A stretch of 64,000 nucleotides of DNA from Candidatus Methylacidiphilales bacterium (GTDB lineage Bacteria > Verrucomicrobiota > Verrucomicrobiia > Methylacidiphilales > CAZTYG01). Shown one piece after another: positions 45,133 to 55,516 of the stretch. The stretch lies in assembly GCA_033875315.1 (NCBI GenBank), contig JANRJG010000039.1, positions 8,614-72,613 of the forward strand, in the 5' to 3' direction. Both the position numbers and the translations under genes were made by a program. The notes under the pieces were generated by a model. That model searched no databases. It was not told the origin of the DNA and saw only the letters and a program-made list of their open reading frames with translations. Positions within the stretch are counted from its first letter, which is position 1, and the number at the start of each line of letters is the position of its first letter.

Positions 45133-45210
45133 ATCGTTTCTCTTACTCGCTCTCGTGCTCGTTCTCTCCATCCCCGGGAGAACGAGAAAGAGAACGAGTA
45201 TGGAAACGAT
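45133..45210. repeat. family-2 imperfect palindromic element, copy 2
   Basis: atcgtttctcttactcgctctcgtgctcgttctc-tccatccccggga-gaacgagaaagagaacgagtatggaaacgat. The left arm matches the reverse complement of 11651-11684. Confidence 0.75.
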
Positions 45211-45251
45211 GAGCAGATGATACGCAAAACGTTCTAAACAGAGAATGCCCT

Positions 45252-45290
45252 AAACGCAAAAAGGCCCGGCACGCTTGCGCGGACCGGGCC
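45252..45290 (-). terminator. rho-independent terminator of the peroxiredoxin gene
   Basis: The minus strand reads GGCCCGG-(14 nt)-CCGGGCC followed by TTTTTGCGTTT. It lies about 45 nt downstream of the stop at 45337. Confidence 0.75.
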
Positions 45291-45336
45291 TTGAAACGAA
45301 GAAGACCTTTGCTTGCTTCGCGGACTTCGTGCTGAA

Positions 45337-45810
45337 TCAGCTCTTCAAAGCGGCTTTGACGGCCTCGAAGTTGGGCAGGTCCTTGGGGGTGGGGCACTGC
45401 TCGGCGTATTTGACCGAGCCATCGGTGCCGATGACAAAGGCCGCACGGGCGCTGACGCTGCCAAGGCCGATGAGGTCGCCCAAGAGGACGCCGTAATCCG
45501 CCGCCACCTTCTTGTTGAGGTCGCTCAGGATCGGGATGGTGATCTTTTCCTTGATGGCCCAGGCTTCCTGTGCGAACGGGCTGTCGACGCTGATGGCGTA
45601 GACTTCGGCATTGAGGCTCTTGTAGGCCTCGATGCCCTGGGTGATGTCGCACATTTCCTGGGTGCAGACGCCGGTGAAGGCGAGGGGGAAGAAGAGCAGC
45701 ACGGTGTTCTTCTTGCCGAAGTTGTCGCTGAGCTTAACGTCGACGAGGCCGTCGGCGGTTTTCCGCTTGAGGCTGAAGTCGGGGGCTTTGGATCCTACGG
45801 TGATGGCCAT
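45337..45810 (-). CDS. peroxiredoxin (AhpC/TSA family, Bcp/AhpE-like)
   Basis: VLLFFPLAFTGVCTQEMC contains the peroxidatic Cys motif. The protein is 157 aa. Confidence 0.88.
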   Translation of the reverse strand: MAITVGSKAPDFSLKRKTADGLVDVKLSDNFGKKNTVLLFFPLAFTGVCTQEMCDITQGIEAYKSLNAEVYAISVDSPFAQEAWAIKEKITIPILSDLNKKVAADYGVLLGDLIGLGSVSARAAFVIGTDGSVKYAEQCPTPKDLPNFEAVKAALKS

Positions 45811-45849
45811 GGGGATTCTCCTGTGATTGGGGGATTAAGGGATTGGTGA

Positions 45850-47991
45850 TTAAGCAGTCGGGACGGCGCCGGGGGTGGCGAGGTCCTTGAGGACGGCACG
45901 GCGGGAGAGCTTGACGCGGCCCTTGTCGTCGACGCCGATGCACTTGACCTGGATGACCTGGCCGACCTTGACCACATCCTCGGTCTTGTTGACCCGGGTG
46001 TCGGAAAGTTCGGAGATGTGGACCAGGCCGTCCTGGCCGGGGAGGACTTCGACAAAGGCGCCGAATTCCTTGATCGAGACGACCTTGCCGGTGTAAGTCT
46101 TGCCGACGGTGACTTCGGCGCCGACCATTTCCACCAGTTCCTTGGCGCGGGCCATGCCCTCGGCGTTGGAGCAGTAGATGCGGACGGTGCCGTCGTCGGA
46201 GATGTTGACCTCGGCCCCGGTTTCGGCGGTGATGCCCTTGACGTTCTTGCCGCCGGGCCCGATGAGCATGCCGATCTTGTCGGGGTTGATGCGCAGGGTT
46301 TCGATGCGCGGGGCGTTGGCGGCCAGTTCCGTGCGGGGCTGGGCGATGACGCTGTTCATGAATTCCAGGATCTTGGCGCGGCTGGTGGTGGCGCGGTCAA
46401 CGGCCTCGTTGAGGATGCTCAACGGAACGCCCGCGAGCTTGAGGTCGAGCTGGAAGCCCGTGATGCCCTTGCTGGTGCCGCAGAGTTTGAAATCCATGTC
46501 GCCGAAGTGGTCTTCGGAGCCGAGGATGTCATCGAGCAGTTCGTAGCGCTTGAACGGACCGGTGTCACCATCGCGTTCCGAGACCAGGCCGACGGAGATG
46601 CCGGCGACCGGGGCGGAGAGCGGGACGCCCGCATCCATGAGCGAGAGGACGCCGCCGCAGACCGAGGCCATGGAGGTGGATCCGTTGGATTCCATCACTT
46701 CCGAGCTGATACGGATGGCGTAGGGGAATTCCGATTCCGGCGGGATGACCGGGAGGATGGAACGCTCGGCCAGGGCGCCGTGGCCGATTTCGCGGCGGTT
46801 CTGTCCGCCGAAGCGGCCGGTTTCACCGACGCTGAACGGGGGGAAGTTGTAGTGGAGGATGAAGCGCTTGGTCTTTTCCCCGCCGGTGTAACCGTCGAGT
46901 TCCTGGGCTTCGTCGGCCGGGGCGAGGGTGGTCAGGCAGACGGCCTGGGTTTCACCGCGGCTGAAGAGGGACGACCCGTGGACCACGGGGATGAGGCCGA
47001 CTTCGCCCGCGAGGTTGCGGATCTGGTTGAAGGAACGGCCATCACAGCGGGACTTCTTGTCCAGCATCGAGCCGCGGACGGCTTTTTTCTGGAGGTAGTC
47101 GAAGGCCTGGTTGATTTCGAAACCGGTGGCGGTGGGGTATTTGGCCAGGATGGCGGCCTTGACCTCGTCGCGCAGGGCTTCGACCGACTTGTAACGGTCG
47201 ACCTTGCTCGGTTGGTAGAGGGCGGCTTCGATGCGGTCACCGGCGACTTGGTAGGCGATTTCCAGGAGGTCGTCTTTGACGAGCATGAGGGGGGCGTTGC
47301 GCTTGGGCTTGCCAACCTTGGCGGCGAGTTCGCGCTGGGCCTGGACGAGGATCGCGACCTGTTCCTGGGCGAAGGCCATGGCGGACTTGAAGTCGGCTTC
47401 CGGGATTTCCAGGCCGGAGCCTTCGATCATGATGGGTTCGGATTCGTTGCCGGCGTAGACGAGGTCGAGGTCGCTGAACTCCATTTCCTTGTGGGTGGGG
47501 TTGACGACGAACTTGCCGTCGACGCGGCCGATGCGGACGGCACCGATGGGGCCGTTGAATGGGATGTCCGAGACACAGAGCGCGGCGGAGGCGCCGTTGA
47601 TGCTGAGGATGTCGGGGTCGTTCTGACCGTCACCGGAGAGGAGCAGGGTGATGATCTGGGTATCGTAGAAGTAGCCCTTGGGGAAGAGCGGGCGCAGGGG
47701 ACGGTCGGTCATCCGGCAGGTGAGGATTTCTTTTTCCGAGGGTCGGCCTTCGCGCTTGAAATAGCCACCGGGGAAACGTCCCACGGCCGAGGCTTTTTCT
47801 TTGTATTCGACGGTGAGGGGGAAGAAGTCCTGTCCGTCCTTGACCTTGGTGGCGGAGACGGCGGTGACGATGACGATGGTGTCGCCACAGCGGACGGTGA
47901 CGGCGCCGTCGGCCAGTTTGGCGAGTTTGCCGGATTCGAAGGTGATGGATTTGCCGCCGATAGTGGCGGTGATTTGGGTGGGGGTGCTCAT
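45850..47991 (-). CDS. pnp: polyribonucleotide nucleotidyltransferase (PNPase)
   Basis: The 713-aa protein has two RNase PH domains, a KH domain ([11 protein letters not shown]) and an S1 domain ([15 protein letters not shown]). Confidence 0.97.
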   Translation of the reverse strand: MSTPTQITATIGGKSITFESGKLAKLADGAVTVRCGDTIVIVTAVSATKVKDGQDFFPLTVEYKEKASAVGRFPGGYFKREGRPSEKEILTCRMTDRPLRPLFPKGYFYDTQIITLLLSGDGQNDPDILSINGASAALCVSDIPFNGPIGAVRIGRVDGKFVVNPTHKEMEFSDLDLVYAGNESEPIMIEGSGLEIPEADFKSAMAFAQEQVAILVQAQRELAAKVGKPKRNAPLMLVKDDLLEIAYQVAGDRIEAALYQPSKVDRYKSVEALRDEVKAAILAKYPTATGFEINQAFDYLQKKAVRGSMLDKKSRCDGRSFNQIRNLAGEVGLIPVVHGSSLFSRGETQAVCLTTLAPADEAQELDGYTGGEKTKRFILHYNFPPFSVGETGRFGGQNRREIGHGALAERSILPVIPPESEFPYAIRISSEVMESNGSTSMASVCGGVLSLMDAGVPLSAPVAGISVGLVSERDGDTGPFKRYELLDDILGSEDHFGDMDFKLCGTSKGITGFQLDLKLAGVPLSILNEAVDRATTSRAKILEFMNSVIAQPRTELAANAPRIETLRINPDKIGMLIGPGGKNVKGITAETGAEVNISDDGTVRIYCSNAEGMARAKELVEMVGAEVTVGKTYTGKVVSIKEFGAFVEVLPGQDGLVHISELSDTRVNKTEDVVKVGQVIQVKCIGVDDKGRVKLSRRAVLKDLATPGAVPTA

Positions 47992-48180
47992 GGGGGTCTT
48001 TCTGGGGTTGGTGGTATTATGGGGGCGGGACGGGCCCGCCCTTCCAACCCGGCGGCGGTGGAAAGACAGAGAGCAAAGCAGGGTCGGCAGCCAATCTGGC
48101 GCGGGGGATCGACGGCCCTGTTGTGTTCTCTGAAACTTTCCCTGTGTGCCGTTCCGGGTTGGGAGTTGCTTGGGTTCGGG

Positions 48181-48444
48181 TTACTTGCGGATGCTCAACT
48201 TCTTGATCACACCCTCGTAGCGGCCCTTGTCGGTGCGCGAGAGGTAATCGAGGAGTCGGCGGCGCTTGCTGACCATGCGGATGAGGCCACGGCGTGAGCT
48301 GTGGTCTTTGACCGCGGTCTTGAGGTGGTCGGTCAAATGATTGATCCGATGGGTCAGGATCGCGACCTGCGCGTCAGCCGAGCCGGTATCGCCTTCATGG
48401 AGGCGGGTTTCCGCGATGATCGTGGTGGTTTCTGCTTTGGACAT
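48181..48444 (-). CDS. rpsO: 30S ribosomal protein S15
   Basis: It starts at MSKAETTT and has [23 protein letters not shown] and [22 protein letters not shown]. Confidence 0.95.
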   Translation of the reverse strand: MSKAETTTIIAETRLHEGDTGSADAQVAILTHRINHLTDHLKTAVKDHSSRRGLIRMVSKRRRLLDYLSRTDKGRYEGVIKKLSIRK

Positions 48445-48540
48445 AAATGAGTGAAAAAGAGTGCAGGCGAAGGCTGCGGGTGTCAATACCCTTATGTTCG
48501 GCCATCTACAACCCCGCAGCGGGCGGGGGGCGCCTGCCCC

Positions 48541-49536
48541 TCAGGCAAGGGAGAGGAGCACCTTGCCGCCCCGGGATTCCTGGCGGGCGAGGCGGAGGGC
48601 TTCCTGGAATTCGGCCATGCGGAAGGTCTTCTCCACCGGGATTTGCAACTGGCCGGCCCGGTGAAGTTCTCCCAGGCGGTCGTAGATCACCTCGGTTTCG
48701 AACCGGGGGCGCTGCTGGTAGCGGCGGGTCAGCCAGAACCCGTGGCAGTGGAGGTCGTTGAAGATGAGGAGGCCGTTGGCCAGCTTGAGAGGTTGCTTGG
48801 ACATGGCCCCATACGTCACGAGTTGGCCGCCCTGGGTGAGACACTTGGCCAGGGTTCCGGCGCTGTCGCCGCCCACGGCATTCAGGGCCAGACGGATCGG
48901 GGCCCCTCCGGTGATCTCTTTGAGGCGTTTTGGCAGGGCGGGGTCTTCCACGACCACCGCATCGCCGCCCAAGGCCGTCAGTTCCGCGATGACTTCGGGT
49001 CGCCGGACGACGCTGAGGGTTTTCCAGCCGAGGGCACGGGCGATCTGGATGACGCAGCGCCCCACCGCCGAGGTGGCGGCATTTTGGATGATCCAATCGC
49101 CGGGTTGGAGGGCAACGAAATCATGCAGCATGCACCAGGCCGTGGGCGGGTTGACATAAAGCATGGAAGCGAATTCGTCCGAGGTGCCTTCGGGGGCCCG
49201 GAACACCCGGTCCGCCGGGGCCAACGCAAATTCCTGCCAGGTTCCGGTGCCGCCCGGGGGGATGACCCGGTCGCCGATGGACCAGCCGGTGACTCCAGCG
49301 CCAATGGCCTCGACGACGCCGAGACCTTCGTTGCCGCAGACGGCGGGAAGGGGAGGCTTGATGCCGTAGGTGCCCTCGATGAGATTCAAGTCGGCGGGAT
49401 TGATCGGGGCGAACTTCATCCGCAACCGGAGTTCGCCGGGACCGGGGGCGGGCAGGGGTCGGGTTTGGAGTTCCAGAACCTCCGAGGGATCGCCGAAGCG
49501 GGAGATGACCAGTGCGCTGGAGGTGGCGGCGTCCAT
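48541..49536 (-). CDS. MDR-family NAD(P)H-dependent oxidoreductase (quinone reductase / enoyl reductase-like)
   Basis: It has a GroES-like N-terminus and the nucleotide-binding stretch GDWIIQNAATSAVG. The start overlaps the upstream stop (TGATG). Confidence 0.8.
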   Translation of the reverse strand: MDAATSSALVISRFGDPSEVLELQTRPLPAPGPGELRLRMKFAPINPADLNLIEGTYGIKPPLPAVCGNEGLGVVEAIGAGVTGWSIGDRVIPPGGTGTWQEFALAPADRVFRAPEGTSDEFASMLYVNPPTAWCMLHDFVALQPGDWIIQNAATSAVGRCVIQIARALGWKTLSVVRRPEVIAELTALGGDAVVVEDPALPKRLKEITGGAPIRLALNAVGGDSAGTLAKCLTQGGQLVTYGAMSKQPLKLANGLLIFNDLHCHGFWLTRRYQQRPRFETEVIYDRLGELHRAGQLQIPVEKTFRMAEFQEALRLARQESRGGKVLLSLA

Positions 49537-49790
49537 CAGGTAAGGGCTTTCAGACGGCGGAGGAAAGGTTCCAGTTCGGCAGCGCCGAAGTCGGCGAGGA
49601 TTTCTCCGTGCCAGTCGAGAGTAGGGGCTTTGGTTTGGCCGGAAAGCGTCACCATTTCATCCATGGCCGCGGGATTGTTCGAGACCGTCACTTTTTGATA
49701 GGTGATCCGGTGCTTGTCGAGGAATTCGATGGCCTCGGCGCACCAAGGGCAACCGGTTTTGACGTAGAGTTTGGGATTCGTATCAGACAT
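49536..49790 (-). CDS. glutaredoxin-like protein
   Basis: It starts at MSDTNPKLYVKTGCPWCAEAIEFLD (CPWC active site). It is small with a thioredoxin fold. Confidence 0.75.
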   Translation of the reverse strand: MSDTNPKLYVKTGCPWCAEAIEFLDKHRITYQKVTVSNNPAAMDEMVTLSGQTKAPTLDWHGEILADFGAAELEPFLRRLKALT

Positions 49791-49830
49791 GTAGGCCAAC
49801 ATAGGCAACGATGCTCCCTTTTCCAATTAT

Positions 49831-51054
49831 TTGACAAAGGGGTTCGCGTTATTAGTTTGTAGTTTGATTCGGCAAGGGCACTCATTGGCACAGCTCTCAT
49901 TCACTCCTTCCTACCCCGGCCATTGGCCCGAGGTCACTCCCGAGCAATGGAATGACTGGGGCTGGCAGCTCCGCAACCGCATCACCGACCTCAAGGGGTT
50001 GGAATCGCGGATGGCCCTCACGCCCCAGGAACGCGCCGGAGTGCTCCTCACCTCCACCAAGCTTGGCATGGGCATCACCCCCCATTTCTTCAACTTGATC
50101 GATCCCCAGGACCCCCATTGCCCGATCCGGCGCCAGGTCATCCCTCTTTTGGAAGAAACCCAGACGGCGCCCGAGGAAATGGCCGATCCCTGCGGCGAGG
50201 ACGGCACCATGCCGGTCCCGGGCTTGGTGCACCGCTATCCCGACCGCGTCCTTTTCCTGGTCACCGACCGTTGCGCCTCCTACTGCCGTTACTGCACCCG
50301 CAGCCGTGTGGTCAGCGGGGTGGGGGAGCAGGAACTGGAGACCGATTTCGAGGAAGCCTACAAATACCTCGAATCCCATACTGAAATCCGCGATGTGTTG
50401 CTTTCCGGCGGGGATCCGCTGCTGTTTTCGGACAAGAAGCTGGAGGGCATCCTTGCGCGACTCCGGTCGATCCCGCACATCGAGTTCATCCGTATCGGAA
50501 GCCGCGTCCCGATCTTCCTGCCGCAGCGCATCACCCCGGACTTTTGTGCCATGCTGCGCAAGTATCATCCGGTCTGGATGAGCGTGCACACCAACCATCC
50601 GAAGGAGATCACCAGCGAAGTCAAAGAGGCCCTGGGCCGCCTGGCGGATGCGGGGGTTCCCTTGGGCAACCAGGCCGTCCTCCTCAAAGGGGTCAACAAC
50701 TCGGTGGAAATTCTCAGGGAACTGATCCACAAACTGGTCTATTGCCGCGTGCGTCCCTATTACCTCTACCAGTGCGACCTCATCCTCGGTACCTCCCACC
50801 TGCGGACCTCGATCCAGGAAGGCATCGAGATCATCGACAAGCTCCGGGGTCACACCACCGGCTATGCCGTGCCGCAGTATGTCGTCGACGGCCCGGGGGG
50901 CGGCGGGAAGATCCCCCTCAACCCGGATTACATCATCGCCCGCACAGGGGAACGGGTCGTGTTGCGCAATTACCGTGGCGACATTTACGAGTATCCCGAT
51001 GTCGGTAACGTCACGGCGATGCCCAAGAAGAAGACCGGTTGCGGTTGCGGTTAG
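49831..51054 (+). CDS. kamA: lysine 2,3-aminomutase family radical SAM enzyme (KamA/EpmB-like)
   Basis: CASYCRYCTRS is the radical SAM CxxxCxxC motif, with VLLSGGDPL and a PLP-binding region. The track start is TTG and the true start is uncertain (an in-frame TTG lies at the AQLSF position). Confidence 0.85.
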   Translation: MTKGFALLVCSLIRQGHSLAQLSFTPSYPGHWPEVTPEQWNDWGWQLRNRITDLKGLESRMALTPQERAGVLLTSTKLGMGITPHFFNLIDPQDPHCPIRRQVIPLLEETQTAPEEMADPCGEDGTMPVPGLVHRYPDRVLFLVTDRCASYCRYCTRSRVVSGVGEQELETDFEEAYKYLESHTEIRDVLLSGGDPLLFSDKKLEGILARLRSIPHIEFIRIGSRVPIFLPQRITPDFCAMLRKYHPVWMSVHTNHPKEITSEVKEALGRLADAGVPLGNQAVLLKGVNNSVEILRELIHKLVYCRVRPYYLYQCDLILGTSHLRTSIQEGIEIIDKLRGHTTGYAVPQYVVDGPGGGGKIPLNPDYIIARTGERVVLRNYRGDIYEYPDVGNVTAMPKKKTGCGCG

Positions 51055-51144
51055 ATCGTGCCGGGATCTGAGGGCGTTTCGTATTTTAGAACGGCCAACA
51101 TCCGCTTTCCATCAGGACCGCCGCTTGTGTAGGCTATCCGGCCC

Positions 51145-52310
<1,166 letters not shown>

Positions 52311-52314
<4 letters not shown>

Positions 52315-52883
52315 GGAGATTTCAGATTTCTGATTTCAGATTTTTGATTGTCTGGGGATTTGTGATTCTCGGGTGGGGCACCGCTTCCGCTTCGGCTGCC
52401 CTTTCAGTCACCGATGCGGATGGGGTCAGACGCCGATTGGATGAACCCGGTCGCGTCACGGTGGTGATTTACTCGAACCCGGCGATGCAGGAATGGACAA
52501 GGAAGGCCGGGGCTTCGCTGGATGTTTTCCAGGGCCGCCCCGATTTTCGTTCGGTCGTGTTGGTGGATCTGCGCAAGTCGATGGCCGATTGGGCCAAGGG
52601 CTACACTGTTCGCCGCATGCAAAAGGATCTCGACATGGAAGCGCTGCGCATCGCGCCTGCCTATCGTGCGAATGGCAATCACAACAATCCCAGACCCGAT
52701 GTCAGCGCGGTGGCGGATTTCAAGGGTGAAGTCTGCCAAGCGGTGGGGTGGGACGAGCCGGCGGACAAAAAAAGAGTCGTGGTCTTTGGCAAGGATGGGA
52801 AGGTGGCGTTCCGTTCCGAGAGCGCGTCGGATTTTGAGGGATTGGTAAAGGCCGCGGGGAGAGCGCTGGAGGCCAATCCGTGA
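52311..52883 (+). CDS. secreted hypothetical protein embedded in the rlmI-hemC operon
   Basis: It has a signal peptide (IVWGFVILGWGTASASAA). It overlaps both neighbours by 4 nt. The start codon choice is uncertain (GTG at 52311 or a downstream TTG). Confidence 0.5.
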
Positions 52884-53788
52884 AGGAGGCACTGAAACTG
52901 GGCACCCGGGGCAGTCCGCTGGCGGTGGCCCAGAGCACCCAGATTGCCCGCGCGTTGGAAGCCGCCCATCCCGGTCTCAAGGTGGAACTGGTCCGCATCA
53001 CCACCACGGGCGACCAGATGCAGGCCGGTCCTGTCAAGCCGGTGGAATCCACCAAGGCCATTTTCACCAAGGAATTGGAGGAAGCCATGCTGGCCGGGCA
53101 GGTCGATTTTGCCGTGCACAGCGCGAAAGATCTGGCCGCCGCCATGCCCGAGGGTTTGGTCCTGGCCGCAGTCCCTGTCCGCGCCTCATGTGCCGATGTG
53201 CTGATTTCGCGCCGCGGGTTGGGTGTTCTGGGTGGGCAGGAACGGATGACCCTGGCTTCCAGCAGCCTGCGTCGCAGCCTCCAATGGGTGGAACGTTATC
53301 CCGGAGCCTCCTTCGTCCCCCTTCGCGGCAACATCGACACCCGGATCATGCGCTTGCGTGAGCATGCGTCATGGGATGGGATCATCCTGGCCCGGGCCGG
53401 GTTGACGCGTCTGCCGGTGGATCTTTCCGGTCTGGTGGCGGAGGATCTGCCGACCGAGTGGATGTTGCCGGCACCGGGGCAGGGTGCCCTGGCGCTGCAA
53501 GCGCGGGCGGATGATGCGGACACCCTCGGTCTCCTCGTGGCACTCGATGATCCGGCCACCCGGAGACGGGTCGGTTTGGAACGGGCGTTCCTGGTCGCGA
53601 TGGAGGCCGGTTGCCATGTCCCGCTGGGAGCGCTGGCCGATGAACCGGAGGATGGTGGAAGATTCCGCCTCAGGGCGGTGTTTTATCATGAGGGACAGCC
53701 CCAGGGAAGGAAGGGCGAAGTCTCTGGCCGCTGGGATGAAGCCGAGCAGGGGGTGAGGGCGCTCGCCGCCCAACTCAGGGGACCATGA
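52880..53788 (+). CDS. hemC: hydroxymethylbilane synthase (porphobilinogen deaminase)
   Basis: KLGTRGSPLAVAQS, RGNIDTRI and the C-terminal cofactor Cys region (EAGCHVPLGA) are present. Confidence 0.93.
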   Translation: MKEALKLGTRGSPLAVAQSTQIARALEAAHPGLKVELVRITTTGDQMQAGPVKPVESTKAIFTKELEEAMLAGQVDFAVHSAKDLAAAMPEGLVLAAVPVRASCADVLISRRGLGVLGGQERMTLASSSLRRSLQWVERYPGASFVPLRGNIDTRIMRLREHASWDGIILARAGLTRLPVDLSGLVAEDLPTEWMLPAPGQGALALQARADDADTLGLLVALDDPATRRRVGLERAFLVAMEAGCHVPLGALADEPEDGGRFRLRAVFYHEGQPQGRKGEVSGRWDEAEQGVRALAAQLRGP

Positions 53789-55263
53789 AGGGAGGCATCT
53801 GCTATCTGGTGGGGGCCGGCCCGGGCGATCCAGGGCTCATCACCTTGCGGGCCGTTGAAGTTCTGCGGAAGGCCGAGGTTCTGGTCTACGATGCCCTGGC
53901 CAGCCAGACCTTTCTCGAATGGGTCCGTCCGGATTGTTTGAAAATCGACGCGGGCAAGCGTGCCGGACAACACACCCTGGGCCAGGCGGAGATCAACCGC
54001 CTCCTGGTCGAACACACCGCAGCGGGCAAATGGGTGGTCCGTTTGAAGGGGGGGGATCCCTTCATCTTCGGACGCGGAGGTGAGGAAGCCGAAGCCTTGG
54101 CGGCGGCGGGCCTGTCTTACGAAGTCATCCCGGGTGTGACTGCGGGTTATGCCGTGCCGGCCTACGCGGGCATCCCGCTCACCCATCGCGATCACTCGGG
54201 CTGTGTGGCCTTTGTCACCGGACATGAAAGCGCCGAGGGGGAATCCAAGGTCCATTGGAAGGCCCTGGCTGATTCCGGGGCCACACTTGTTCTGTTCATG
54301 GCGGTGAAAGACCTCGCTTCGATCTGCGAAAAATTGCGCAACGCCGGTCGTCCCGCAGAGACCCCGGCCGCCTTCATCCACTGGGGATCGACCGCCCGTC
54401 AACGGACCATCATGGGCACCATCGCATCCCTGCCCGACCAAGTGGCGAGATCCGGGCTGGGGGCCCCCGCCATCGTGGTGGTGGGCGGGGTGGCCGGATT
54501 GCACCACACCCTCTCGTGGTTCGAGCGCCGGCCTTTGTTTGGGAAGAAGGTGGTGGTGACCCGCACCTTCACCTATCAAAACAAATTACGCCAATTACTG
54601 GAAGAACGCGGGGCGGATGTGATCGATCTCCCGACCATCCGCATCGTGCCGAAAACCGACGGTCAACGCTGGGAAGATCCCCTTCCATTTGGTGACTGGC
54701 TGGTTTTCAGCAGTCCGAACGGGGTGGAACATTTTTTCCGGCAGTATCTCGCCCACCACGACATCCGCTCGCTGGCCGGCCGGAAGATCGCGGCCATCGG
54801 TCCATCCACCGCCGCCCGGGTCAGGGACTTTCACCTGGGGGTCGACCTGATGCCGTCGAAATTCAGCGCGGTCGATCTCGTCAGGGCCTGGCCTTCCAGC
54901 GAAGTCGGGAAGAAGATCCTTTTCCCCTGCGGAGTCAAGGCGGGGAGAGACTTGGAGGAGGGCCTGAAGCCGCATGGGTGCGAAGTGCGGCGCATCGAGG
55001 TCTACGACACCGTCCCCGAGACCGGCGATACCCAGGGCGGCATCCGCAGGTTGACCACGGAAGGGGCGGACTGGATTCTGTTCTGCAGCACCTCGGCGGT
55101 GGAAAATTTCGCCGCGCTGGGATTGGATTACCCCAAGGAAGGCCTGCGTTACGCCAGTCTGGGGCCCGTGACCTCGGCGGCCATGGATCGGATGGGTTTT
55201 CCGGTGCACGTGCAGGCCCCGCAGAGCACGCTGGATGCGCTGGTGGGATCGTTGTCGGTTTAA
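53785..55263 (+). CDS. cobA/hemD: bifunctional uroporphyrinogen-III C-methyltransferase / uroporphyrinogen-III synthase
   Basis: The N-terminal SUMT domain has YLVGAGPGDPGLITLRA and RLKGGDPFIFGRGGEE. The C-terminal 240 aa are HemD-like (KKVVVTR...LVFSSPNGVE...ILFCSTSAVE). Confidence 0.9.
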   Translation: MKGGICYLVGAGPGDPGLITLRAVEVLRKAEVLVYDALASQTFLEWVRPDCLKIDAGKRAGQHTLGQAEINRLLVEHTAAGKWVVRLKGGDPFIFGRGGEEAEALAAAGLSYEVIPGVTAGYAVPAYAGIPLTHRDHSGCVAFVTGHESAEGESKVHWKALADSGATLVLFMAVKDLASICEKLRNAGRPAETPAAFIHWGSTARQRTIMGTIASLPDQVARSGLGAPAIVVVGGVAGLHHTLSWFERRPLFGKKVVVTRTFTYQNKLRQLLEERGADVIDLPTIRIVPKTDGQRWEDPLPFGDWLVFSSPNGVEHFFRQYLAHHDIRSLAGRKIAAIGPSTAARVRDFHLGVDLMPSKFSAVDLVRAWPSSEVGKKILFPCGVKAGRDLEEGLKPHGCEVRRIEVYDTVPETGDTQGGIRRLTTEGADWILFCSTSAVENFAALGLDYPKEGLRYASLGPVTSAAMDRMGFPVHVQAPQSTLDALVGSLSV

Positions 55264-55276
55264 GGCCCTTGTTCAT

Positions 55277-55396
55277 GGTGCGGAAGGGCGAAACTCCTGG
55301 CTCCCCCGCAAGGGTGCGGGGCTGAGCCGCCCTTGGAAGACAGGCATCAAACCGGCTCGGCAGTCCGCCTCAGGCGGATCGCCCCCCCCCGTTGAT
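55277..55396. repeat. family-1 dispersed element, copy B (contains a C9 tract)
   Basis: It shares ctggctcccccg.aag...cggggctgagccgcccttggaa...catcaaaccggctcggcag with copy A. The right arm is altered and carries nine consecutive C at 55382-55390. Confidence 0.8.
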
Positions 55397-55516
55397 TTTG
55401 TCATTCAGTCCATGGGCTTTGGTTATGTAGGCAAATTGCAATCTGAGGCCGTGTTTACGACATGGGGGAGCAGTCCCAAGCCTTGAGTTTGCCGTTTTCT
55501 GGACCACGCTTTCATC

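Noticed and set aside
46018-48297. 759-aa plus-strand ORF opposite pnp and rpsO
   Set aside because: It is an antisense shadow spanning two bona fide genes and their intergenic leader, so it cannot be a real single CDS.
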